64,000 nucleotides of DNA from Lytechinus pictus (taxonomy: Eukaryota). This document shows, piece by piece, positions 37,704 through 51,100 of this stretch. The notes below the pieces were generated by a model, which did no database searches, was not told where the DNA came from, and saw only the letters and a list, made by a program, of their open reading frames with translations. Location of the stretch: contig NC_087245.1 of the NCBI RefSeq assembly GCF_037042905.1, positions 37,512,001-37,576,000 on the forward strand. Direction: 5' to 3'. The position numbers and the translations under genes were made by a program. Within the stretch, counting starts at the first letter, position 1. The number at the start of each line of letters is the position of its first letter.

Positions 37704-40700
37704 CTGGAAGGGATAAAGGAAAAAAAAATTGTTTTGATGAAGAAGAATAATCAATGTGCAAAAATAGACATACATGCCCATATTCTGATGTCGGGTAAAT
37801 CCAAATTCTGGTCTGAAGTTTGATTTGACGATGGATAGCCAATAGTGACCTAAATCCCTAACAGTAGAGGTTTTAATGTATCAGCTCATTTGATTCTCAA
37901 ATCATTTTTACTACCTCTGTCACATTTCCCCTACGGCCGTACGGTAAAGTTGAAAACAGCCGCTTTAACATTCTTGTACAGCTATATATAGGTGGTTTGA
38001 ATAAAACGGCTGTTTTCAACTCGCCGTACGGCCGCCGTAACTGAGGTATGACTGTCTGTGAATGATTAACAAGATGGTTGTCTTTCCCATTTATGAATTT
38101 GGAAAGTGCAAAGTAAACATAAGAATCATATACAATGCAAACAAATTTGTCAACATTCTTGGCTTCACATCATTTTAGCAGAGTGAGACCAAGGCCTAAA
38201 TTAAACCAGACATCAGAACATGGGCCACAGTGTCACACATTAACAAGGCTGGGCCATTTGTTAGATAGTAGAGCCAAAAATACGAGGGGGGGGGGCTCTC
38301 AGCAGTCGACTGCGCTGAATATCAGAACGAGAGATTTTTCCAAAGGCATAACATACAAAACTGCAATTCAAGTGTTTAGGACAATATTGTGGTTTCAATT
38401 TATGCATGATTTTGCTTTTGACAAACAGAGGGCAGTATTTCATTAGGCATAAATAAAGGAGTTGACTACTAATGACGGTGGTAAGGCCATTTATAGCGAT
38501 ACGATCAGAGACTAATACTTTCAATATCTAAGACCCCTGTTACATCTGGAAATCGGTGGCCCAGAGCCGGCCAGAGTCCAACTGCAACCTTGATCAGAAA
38601 TAAGTGGATTAGCTTCACGAACGGACCTGGTCCGTAAATGTGCCCGTTTACATTACGTCATTTTCCCTCCCCTCTCCGGATTATGGACAGACGGGTCGAG
38701 CTATATTCGATTGCCGACACTAGAGAGCACTCTCTGGCTCTGAATAATTTGAGCGGTAATTTAAACTGAAATTATTCACTAGCTAGCCTTCAAATCAATC
38801 TCCTTGCTCGCATACCACAAAAGACCAAAGACTGGAAATTCGCACGCTATGAAGTAATTTGCGACCACTGGCGAACGAACCGAAACGGGTTCGAGGTAGG
38901 TTTACGTTTACATCTGTGAATTGGTGGTTCGGGGCCTCCCCGAGACTACCTCTTGAGGCCGTCTTAGGAAGGTTTGCTAAAAGGTGGCCAGAGGTTGGTT
39001 TGGGATGTTTACATCTGATTTCTTCCTACCCGAGGCACCTGATTTTCTAGATGTAACAGAGCTCTGAGGGATTAAATGAAAAAATTTTAGGGAGTAAATT
39101 TGCCGAGTCGGGAGGAATGTTAAATGGAGTCCCCAGGTAGAAGGAATCACCACCTTTGTATTTAAGAACTAATCGCACTATTCATATAAGGGGAAACCCT
39201 GATGTAGTGGTCCACCTGCACATCCCCATTTATCTGCAAGAATCTTCAGCAGAGGAGGCAGATTCGGAAGAGGAAATCAACAGCTGTGTTCTATGTCTTA
39301 CCTTCTTTTTCTTCTTCTTTTGAGCCTTTCGACTGACCGATGTATTAAGCAACTCCTGAAAATGAAAATATACATATAATAAAATATTGCATCATTACTT
39401 AACAACCCATTACTCTGAGTCAATTTACACTTCAATAATTATACAATTCGTCTAGAGTTAAACAGTGCTTCACCACTGGCAAAAATCTGGAAAGATACCC
39501 TAGCACATTTTAGCAAGGTTTCAGCCCAGCAAGTGGAGCCGCTTGGGCAGTCTTTTCTCCATTACCCTGACTCAATATAGCAGCAGTGCTGAATATGAAA
39601 ACTAAAAATTCATTATTTGTCACCCACACACACAAAAAACATTCATTTGATGACAACATATCAAATGAACAGATAAAGAAACTTTTTTTTTTACTTAGAC
39701 ATGTTTAAGTTCTTTTTTTTCCCTTTCATCATGTAAGGCTATGTCAAAACAGAGACATGAGTGAAAATATTACTTCCCGATTTCACATGAATGCCACTGT
39801 GCAATTTACTATGCATGCTTTCCATTTGCGCATGCCCGGCGACATATTTGAATTTCGTAACGTAGTCTGATATTCGTAACAGTTATGGATGTTTCATTAT
39901 GGTTGGAAGTTCTGTTCAACATATTTAAATGCCAGTTGTAGAAATATCTCAATCCAATAAATTATCCACTAGAGTGTTTACATGTATGAATAAAGATATG
40001 TATGAATAAAGATATGTGCCAAATGTCTCTGGAAAAAAATGTGTAATTGCTTAAAAATGAGCAAAATCAGTACAGAATTCTATGAAATGACAGGTCTTTT
40101 CCCAAGCAATATCAATACACTGTCAAACGTATGATTTTTCTGGTCAGTGATCATCAGAGTTATCTGTTTTCGGTTAAGATCTCATGATTTCACAAATACA
40201 AGTTTATGTTATGATCTATGATAATATGGTACCAATTAACCTTGATTCTATAGACTTTCTCATGAAATAATTGTTCGCTGCAGATACATTCTTTTACCTT
40301 TAAATTGAATTCTTACCTTGAGTTCCTTGTCTTCAATGGTCTTGTCTGACGGGTAGAGAGATAGATCAACTGGTATACCTGTAATCTTCAACGGTCCATT
40401 GGGCATCAACAGAACCGTAAACTTGAACTGTGCGACAAACTCACCTAAGAGAACACAACCAAAAACAAAACAAGCTTGTACTAACACATCAATGTTACGT
40501 ACACTGTAATTATGAATATTTTCATATCCTTTGGCCTGTAATGCATTCTTTCAACAAACACATCTCTGAAAACAAAAATACTAAATATGGATTTTACATT
40601 TCATGAGATTTGGGGAACTGGAGGCATGTCATTGACTTTACTGCAATGGGACAATTCCATAAAATGATCAACCTTTTGTATGTCCGAACCCCATTTTTCT

Positions 40701-41860
40701 CAAGTTTTACTTCACTTCATAAACTGACAAAGTCATGGTCATTTGACAACATTACAGACTGTCAAAAGAACAAGAAATCAGAGACAGAAAATTTTGTGAA
40801 GGCCGCACATATAGGGGGTCGGACGTACATATTTTATGGAATTGCCCAATGGTACTTCAGATACATCTATCCTGGACCTAGTCTTCCAAAATGTGATTGA
40901 TCCAATCCAATCAATTACAATTATGGAAGCCAGGGACACCAAAATCAAGGATGCATATGGCCATTCAAAATGTTATATAAATATGATCTTAGGTCAAACA
41001 AGCTACAAAGTCTTCATAATTCAGTGTGCTCCTCTATTTCAAAATTAATGATGTTGTATACATTTCCTATAGATGGATTTCATCAGACCAAAATGATCAG
41101 ATCAATTGCAACACTATGCAAGATGGGGCTCATAGATATCTTCCCTTGGTGATGCTCCTTAAAGGTATTGTTTATCTTTGTGAGCAGCCGATTAAAAAAA
41201 TTCTCAAACCAAGATGAAACATGTGTACAAGTGCATGTATTAGAACTAATAAACCCTGAAAACAACCATTATTGAGAATGAAAAGCTAAAACTACAAGGC
41301 AAACCCCGATTTTGTAAGTAGGCATCTTATAGACGCCTAAATAGTACACATAAGTGTATGGGATGAGATTAAGATGGTGTTTTCGGTCACTTCATATTTC
41401 AATTTTTGAAGCACTAAATAATTATTTTCGAACGCAATTTTTTCTGGGCTTCATTTTTGTAACATATCACAGACACAGGTGACAAGTGTGACCTTCTAGC
41501 TCAGATTTTTAAAAGTCAAACCAATGTTAACCAAACACTTTAAAACTTGTTCGATAAACAAGACTATAAATGGAGTACGTTGCTATGGACACATGTTGAG
41601 AAAGAATGTTGATCATGTTTTGAGAAGGGGGCTTGAGTTGGAGGTGGCTGGTCAGAGCGGAAGGGGTGACCGATGAAGACATGGAAGAAACAAGGAGAAA
41701 CATGGAGGAGAGTAAGAGCGTTGGGTTGAGGGACAAGGATGCACTGAATAGAGTAAAAATGAAGGGACGGAATAAGGATGATCTCTGCGAGCACTAGGTG
41801 AATCCAGGCACCACATAGTCGGAATAAACTGGTTTTAAACCGCTGCTGCTGCTGCTACTA

Positions 41861-41895
<35 letters not shown>

Positions 41896-42115
41896 ACTGC
41901 TGCTACTGCTACTACTGCTACTACTGCTACTACTGCTACTACTGCTACTACTGCTACTACTGCTACTACTGCTACTACTGCTACTACTGCTACTACTGCT
42001 ACTACTGCTACTACTGCTACTACTGCTACTACTGCTACTACTGCTACTACTGCTACTACTGCTACTACTGCTACTACTGCTACTACTGCTACTACTGCTA
42101 CTACTGCTACTACTG

Positions 42116-42147
<32 letters not shown>

Positions 42148-42148
42148 G

Positions 42149-42179
<31 letters not shown>

Positions 42180-45100
42180 AACTACTAATAATAATACTTA
42201 CCATCTTTTTCATATAACACTGGATAAGGTTCAACTAAATTATGGTTCATACATTCAACAATTCCCATACGAGCCTTGCCTTCATCTTCAAATGCCCTGA
42301 AATCAAATTAAAGAGAGGAAATAAATTTATCATAGAGAAAAAAAATGTGCATTTGACAGAATGAGAAGTATACTGCATGAACAATACCTCTTTTAGACAA
42401 ACATGGAGGTCAACAACACGAGCAACATAGATAATATTTTCAGGTAGACCAATGGTTTTCTTGATACATGCGAAAAATTTGTAGAGAAATCATTTGTGAT
42501 TTGCGATTTCAAACATGAAGTTATATACTTGTTTTCAGACCATTTAAACAGCAATTCTTCTTGATTCCTCAACATACACACCGGAATATATTTAAAAATT
42601 TCATGTATTTCTATTGAAAAGAACTGTCGGGATCACTAGCATACCTACGGGGAGAGGGGGCAGAGGAGGCAGTCCGCCCCCCCCCCTGACGAGCCACAAC
42701 CCATGCAAAGGACGTATCCCTGCCCCCCCTGATGAGCTTGAAGCTCTTGCTTGTCAAATTTTTTTCTGGTACGAAATCCTTCATTTGTGATTGAAGACCT
42801 TTTTTTTTTTTTTTTGCTTGTCAAATTTTTATTTTTTGTACAAAATCCTTCATTTGTGATTGAAGACCTTTTTTTTTTTTTTTGCTTGTCAAATTTTTTT
42901 TTGGGTACAAAATCCTTCATTTGTGATTGAAGACCTTTTTTTTTTTTGCTTGTCAAATTTTTTGGCGGACGGTTTTGCCCCCCCTGTGAAAAATCCTAGG
43001 TACGTCACTGGTCGGGATGATTGAAAATGACGATGGTGATAATGGTCATGATGAATATAACGTTGATGAAGATGACAATGATAATGGTGGTGATGATGAT
43101 GATGATGATGATAATGATGAAGAAGATGAAGATGATAATGGTAATGATGATGAGGTTGAACTCTGAAAATAATGATTAAGATGATGATGGAGATGAAGAT
43201 GATGAAGATGATGTTGATGACGATGATGATGAAAGCGATGATGATGATGATGAAGACAGCGATGAAGATGATGATGATGGTGATGATAGATGAGTTTGAC
43301 AATGAAAATAATGATTAAGATGATTATGATATGATATGATGATGATGATGGGGATGATGGAGATGAAGATGTTGATGATGTTGATGAAGATGATGATGAT
43401 GAAAGCTCAACCTACCTGAGTGAGAAAGGCATAGTGGTGAATCGTTTGGTCAGCTCGCTGAAGAATGTCCTTGAGGTCCGCATTTTGAGCTGGTAAGTTT
43501 CTTCCGTCCTTTTGTAAACCGTTACCCTATCCTCTCGTTCTTTGGCCTTGCCTTCCCCTGTGCTGACAAGAACGTCTATAGCATACACCTCATGAACCTC
43601 AATCTTACACTGGTTATGCTCTCGCCTAAAAAGAAATAAAATATATTTTCATCGTCGAGACGTGGAGTATGATAGGGCCTAGGGGTGTTTCACAAAGATT
43701 TTAAATGTGACATAGAGCCACGTTTTAATTTAAGTTGGATGCGGTATATAACACATTTTTGAATGATCATTATCTACAGTCTGTCTAACAAATCAAATCG
43801 ATTTATTTGCAGGACGTAAACATCATAACACCCGATGACACAAACATAATTGTCAAAAGTCGAAGAAGCATCTGCGTTTACAAAAAAAGCTAAGTCTCAT
43901 GACAAGATCAAGATAGAGACCAATATCCTCAGTCAGAGACTGAAACAAGAGACTTGTGTGCAGAATCAGCACTGACCGAGACAAGAAACAGATGAGCCTT
44001 GAAGACACACACCATGCCTAACATTGACAAACTGAAGTCAAGCAAAAAGATCAAATTGTCAAAATTGAGCTCTTTTACCTCAAGGACAAAAAGCCCTCTG
44101 TTGTTACAAATAATACATGATACCATGGTCTTCTTTGCGGGAGACATCACAGATATCAGCAAATTTGGACAGTAAGTGAGGTGCAACATGCTAATTCTGC
44201 TTCCAATTTCATCGATGGTTTGGAAATCGATGTTATTACAACAGATTATAAATTCACCTTGTTGGGAATGTGAAAATTGATGACTTTTTACGTGATTTTA
44301 TTTTTTAAGTTCAATAGGAATACCGGTTTCTGGCCGGTAAGAAGCAATCCGAATCCGGACAGAAAAAATATCTCACATGACTTGGCCATCCTGAGCTAGA
44401 TGGAAGATAGTGGGTACAAATCATTGTCAAGATATCTCACTGACCTTTTTAATTTTACTAGGATATAATTACATGAATTGCTTGACCCCTTCCGCCTCCT
44501 TCAAATTCTCCTCCTCCATCCTTTTCTCATCCTCCCCCTCCTCTTTCTTTTCTTTCTCCTCCTCCTCTTCCTTCTTCTCCTCCTTCTCCTGTTCTTCCTC
44601 CTCCCCCTCTTCATCTTCTTAAGTTCTGCAGTCTTTAGTTATTGTGAGAATACAATATTTTCACATTTATGATGCCTGTGACCTCTGACCTTTGATGACC
44701 TTGCAACCGCCCTTAAATCTTATCACATTATTGTCCATTTAATAGGCCGAGATTAAGAATATTTACAATTACATATGTGGGGAGGGGGGTATGTTTTACT
44801 TTTATTTCATTCTTACAACTTTCTTTCAAGACAAATATTGCCAATTGCTGATAAAATACACATCAAATCAAAGTTTATAACAGAGAATTTTCAAGTCACT
44901 CTGATCCTACAAAAAATTCATCCCCGACATAATTTTTGGCCCACACAGCATGGTGCCCATGGTTTTATACCACAACACTCAAACTGTGAATACTCAAAGT
45001 AACACCAGGAACCAATTTTCAAGTTGGTCAATACACATTCCATCTACCATTCACATGGTCTAACCCCTCTGAGTGAATATGATTAGATAAACTGTTTATG

Positions 45101-48100
45101 AAATGAACTGCATTCCAGTGCAAAGACATAGACGGAATGGAAATTGGACCATCTGGGCATTGGACTAAATGACAGTTGACCAAAGTCAGTATTAGACCAA
45201 CTTGCACATAGAAAATACCACCACATAGGCTATGATTATATAAACTGTTTATGAACCTAAATAGAAAATGATAGACCAAAGTGGGCGTAGCCATGATGGT
45301 GATAGGTGATCTGAGATTTAGACCATCTGCCATTAGACCAAGTGAGTACTTGTTACAACACCAACTTTAACTATAATGTGAGTCAACCAATTTTTCTTAA
45401 GACATACAAAATAATACGGGCCTCAAGTGAGAATTAACAAATCTAAGCTATATTTAACAGAATGATGAAACCAAAGCGCAGTTAAGAATGAGGATTAATC
45501 CGTAGAACTACAAGTGTAGTATTCTGCAGTTGACTGTACCATGGTCTGCGAATCCCTCAGGACTATCTTGATGATAAAGCCCTGCGCACAATAAACGATC
45601 CGGCTGCGCTGCAATTTTTAACAATTCGCACTTTTAATCTAATTTGAAAGTACAAGGAAGTAAAATCTATTTGAAGTTCGGCATAATGCCACAAATACTA
45701 AAATCAGAATTCTGCTTAGTGCAAGCCTTGTCATCGGAGTAAATTGCAAATCGGTTTCAAGTAGCAGAAGACATTACGATTTGGAACTGAATTTGCTTTT
45801 ATTCCTACAGGAACTTTAATTGTCAGATTTTATAGGTTGAAATATCTATATCAAATGCTACAATAATTTCTTTGAAAATAAGATCGCAACAGATCGCGTA
45901 GTGTGCCCTGGGCTTAAGACTTCTCAATAGTGAACGCAATTTGCCTGCATGTATTATGAAAAGCAGTCAGACCGCAAGTCCCTATGCTAATGAGCAAATG
46001 GGCCACATTCATCAAAATCCTCTCGTGGCTGAATCCTTCTCCCTGCAAAATCTCATGAATCGTGAGATTTTCTTTCTTTAAGAATTTACCTACTTTATCC
46101 TCTAGTCAAATTAAATATATTTGCACAATTGGACAGAGTAAATGTATCTCTTTCATATTGTTCATTTATTTTGTATGAAATATTTTGATAAATAAGTTAA
46201 TTTCAGGCCTGAAAATGTGCATCACAACTAAATTTTCATCCTCTGTTTTCTTTTGCAAATTGTGCAAATCTTTTTATTTTGAGCCTCAAAGATATTTATA
46301 TCACCACAAATGTGAATTTCTGTACTTTCTCACAATGTTACTCTTAATATGCGGCACCTTTTAATCAGGTCAAGATCACACTTTCCCCACCAAGGTACAA
46401 GACGAGATTTCAAGAATATTGGAGTAGCATGAAATCTAGAGTTCTGATTGGCTGAATAAGGCTTCAAAACGACAAGCGTGGGTAATGTGATGAGATTACC
46501 ACATGGGGATCGTAACCTTGCCGTGAACCCAGCACTGCAACCGTTGAGTGTGTGGTCTTTTTGGCCAATCGGAGTGCAGTATTTTTGTTTTCAAGCTGCT
46601 TTATGTACTTGGCCCATGAAAAGTGTGATCTTGACCAGATCAAACCAATTCTTGTTTTGAAACTTGATTTGATTTTGATTTGATTTGATTTGATTTATTT
46701 ATTTCCGTTTCACAATTGTACATAATATGATAAACATAACATAACAAACTTATACCATTTCAAAGCATAGATATTCAGCTTTATCAAGATTTAAAAATCA
46801 TTTGGGCTCAAACAAAAATAGTGTAAAAAGTCAGGTGAAAATAATTATTTGGTAGTATATTTTAGATCAAAAGTTTCACCTCCATTACAATATCTTTAAA
46901 TAAATTCAAACACATGACCTGAAAGAATGATTCTTCTTCTTTAAAATGATACCCAAATCATGAAATTTGATGTATATTTAGAGCAGCAATGACCGAATTA
47001 AAAGAGGTGTTTTGGTCCTCATCAAGCTCATTAAATATGCAAAACCTCTCTCGTCATGAATATCACTTGGATAAAAGAAGCCACTTCGGGGGACCTGCCT
47101 ACTAACTGAAAGCATGAATTACAAACCATAACTTACATTTGTTCTTCTGTTGGGTTCTGGATAATACTCTTTTCACCGTTGATGACGTTCCTCTTGAGCT
47201 GATGTGATAACATTCCCGAGACTGGTTTACAATCAAACGCCTCGGCTGCCTTCTGGATTACTTCCGTTACTTCATTGTTCTGAAGACAGAAAAAAAATAA
47301 TTCATTAATCCTATATAGCAACCCCACGAGTATGACCCCAATCTAATCTACTTTACTGAACTGGTTTCCCTTAAACCACTTTGCAAAACCAATTTAGAAG
47401 ATCGCTTCATTTTGCATTTTTATCACCACCTCCTAAACTGCTTTCCAGAACCATTCCATGAAAAGTAGTCTTGTTGCTATGGGAACGCTCTCAGAGGTGT
47501 TGCATGTTTCGCGTGAACTTTAAAACCTTTGACAATTTAAAACATAGTCATCTGTATTCTACACACCATGAGTACTGAGTAGGACATCCACCATACACAC
47601 TATACTACTCCTCAGCAAGATCGCTTCAGGCTTCCCATTACACGTTTAATAGGTTCCCGCTACTTATTTTACATAGTAGATGAGAGCGGGATCTATGCTT
47701 GTCTTACACCTTACATGTAAGTAAGCTTGTAATCGATTTTGCAATCGGCAACCGATTCCATTCGATTTCACCACAATCGGCGATCACTTGCCGATCTTCG
47801 ATCATGCCCCTTGAAGGAAAAAAAATCGAAAATAAAAAATCGGCGTAGATCTAGTAACAGTGCGTGATCGTTCAAAACATATTTCAAGATTGTTTTTGAG
47901 GTGCTAGCTATTTAGAGGTCGCATTATTCAGGGAGAAAGACGCGGTATTATCTATTCCGATCTTCTCTTCCAACTCATGGTGATACTGATAGCGGATGCC
48001 GCCGTGAAATTTTTAAAGGTCGTATTACTGACGGAGATCACTGCGCTACTCTCTCACATCGTTTATGATGATATACATCTTTTCAACCTCGTGGTGATAG

Positions 48101-51100
48101 CGGACCCCGCCGTGAACTTTTAAAGGTCGTATTATCGACGGACATCTCTGCGCTACTCTCTTACATCGTTTATGATGATAGACATCTTCTCTTCAACCTC
48201 GTGGTGATAGCGGACCCCGCCATGAATTTTTAAAGATCGTACTATTGACGGAGCTCATTGCGTTACTCTTTTACATCGTTTATGATGATATACATTTTAT
48301 TTTCAACCTCGTGGTGATAGCGGATGCCGCTGTGAACTTTGAAAGGTTGTATTACAGACGGAGCTCACTGCGCTACTCTCTTACCCCCTTTATGATGATA
48401 GACATCTTCTCTTCAACCTCGTGGTGATAGCGGACCCCGCCGTGAACTTTTAAAGCTCATGCTACTGACGGAGCTCATTGCGTTACTCTCTTACATCGTT
48501 CATGATGATATAAATCTTCTCTTCAACCTCGTGGTGATAGCGGATGCCGCCGTGAACTTTGAAAGGTCGTATTACCGACGGAGCTCACTGCGCTACTCTC
48601 TTACATTGTTCATGATGATATACATTTTATTTTCAACCTCGTGGTGATAGCGGATGCCGCCGTGAACTTTGAAAGATCGTATTACCGACGGAGCTCACTG
48701 CGCTACTCTCTTACCCCCTTTATGATGATAGACATTTTCTCTTCAACCTCGTGATGATAGCGGATGCCGCCGTGAACTTTGAAAGGTCGTATTACCGACG
48801 GAGCTCACTGCGCTACTCTCTTACATTGTTCATGATGATATACATTTTATTTTCAACCTCGTGGTGATAGCGGATGCCGCCGTGAACTTTGAAAGGTCGT
48901 ATTACCGACGGAGCTCACTGCGCTACTCTCTTACATTGTTCATGATGATATACATTTTATTTTCAACCTCGTGGTGATAGCGGATGCCGCCGTGAACTTT
49001 GAAAGATCGTACTATTGACGGAGCTCATTGCGTTACTCTCTTACATCGTTCATGATGATATAAATCTTCTCTTCAACCTCGTGGTGATAGCGGACACCGC
49101 CATAAACTTTTAAAGATTGTACTAATGACGGAGCTCATTGCGTTACTCTCTTACATCGTTTATGATGATATACATTCTATTTTCAACCTCGTGATGATAG
49201 CGGATGCCGCCGTGAACTTTGAATGGTCGTATTACCGACGGAGCTCACTGCGCTACTCTCTTACATTGTTCATGATGATATACATTTTATTTTCAACCTC
49301 GTGGTGATAGCGGATGCCGCCGTGAACTTTGAAAGGTCGTATTACCGACGGAGCTCACTGCGCTACTCTCTTACATTGTTCATGATGATATACATTTTAT
49401 TTTCAACCTCGTGGTGATAGCGGATGCCGCCGTGAACTTTGAAAGGTTGTATTACCGACGGAGCTCACTGCGCTACTCTCTTACATTGTTCATGATGATA
49501 GACATCTTCTCTTCAACCTCGTGGTGATAGCGGATGCCGCCGTGAACTTTGAAAGGTCGTATTACCGACGGAGCTCACTGCGCTACTCTCTTACATTGTT
49601 CATGATGATATACATTTTATTTTCAACCTCGTGGTGATAGCGGATGCCGCCGTGAACTTTGAAAGGTCGTATTAACGACGGAGCTCACTGCGCTACTCTC
49701 TTACCCCCTTTATGATGATAGACATCTTCTCTTTAACCTCGTGGTGATAGCGGATGCTGCCGTGAACTTTGAAAGGTCGTATTACCGATGGAGCTCACTG
49801 CGCTACTCTCTTACATTGTTCATGATGATATACATTTTATTTTCAACTTCGTGGTGATAGCGGATGCCGCCGTGAACTTTGAAAGATCGTACTATTGACA
49901 GAGCTCATTGCGTTACTCTCTTACATCGTTTATGATGATATACATTTTATTTTCAACCTCGTGGTGATAGCGGATGCCTTCGTGAACTTTGAAAGGTCGT
50001 ATTAACGACGGAGCTCACTGCGCTACTCTCTTACCCCCTTTATGATGATAGACATCTTCTCTTCAACCTCGTGGTGATAGCCGACCCCGCCATGAACTTT
50101 TAAAGATCGTACTAATGACGGAACTCATTGCGTTACTCTCGTACATCGTTTATGATGATATACATTTTATTTTCAACCTCGTGGTGATAGCGGATGCCGC
50201 CATGAACTTTTAAAGATCGTGCTACAAACGGAGCTCATTGCGTTACTCTCTTACATCGTTCATGATGATATACATTTTATTTTCAACCTCGTGGTGATAG
50301 CGGATGCTGCCGTGAACTTTGAAAGGTCGTATTAACGACGGAGCTCACTGCGCTACTCTTTTACCCCCTTCATGATGATAGACATCTTTCGTGGTGATAG
50401 CGAACCCCCCCATGAACTTTTAAAGATCATGCTACTGACGGAGCTCATTGCGTTACTCTCTTACATCGTTTATGATGATATAAATCTTCTCTTCAACCTC
50501 GTTGTGATAGCGGACCCCGCCATGAACTTTTAAAGATCGTGCTCCTGACGGAGCTCATTGCGTTACTCCCTTACATCGTTTATGATGATATACATTTTAT
50601 TTTCAACCTCGTGGTGATAGCGGACCCCGCCGTGATCTTTTTAAGATCGTGCTACTGACAGAGCTCATTGCGTTACTCTCTTACATCGTTTATGATTATT
50701 ACATCTTCTCAACCTCAATTTATTTGTCTTTGCAACTTCGTCGGGAGATGCTTCTTTTATATTTCTTCTTAGATATCAAAAGTTCAGTTCTCAAGATAGT
50801 AAGAAATTGATTTGAAAACGTTAGCTACCCAAAACATTTTAATAACATTTCAAATCATCGTGCGTGCTTGCGTCTTGTACTACATTTTAATTGCACTTGC
50901 GACTTTAAGATGATGCGTCGTACGAGATCAAGAGATCATTCCAATAATCCTAAATCGCTAGCACCTAAAAATAGTTATAAAAGATGTCCCGCCGATCGTT
51001 CATTAACCTGCGAGTGAATTATGAAAAATAATTTCATTTTATTTTCCTTTGCGCCTTTGCTCGGAAGATGCGTCTTTCGTTTATCTTTCTAATAAAAATC

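Noticed and set aside
39235..39275. Shared motif GAATCTTCAGCAG (also near 28013 and 52095) as an intronic snoRNA
   Set aside because: No convincing C/D or H/ACA box arrangement; more likely a short dispersed repeat remnant.
47960..50715. CRISPR array, C/D snoRNA cluster or repeat-protein gene
   Set aside because: Eukaryotic context with no unique spacers or cas genes. ATGATGA is antisense to the host transcript and most units lack a CTGA D box. The 110-bp period breaks the reading frame.
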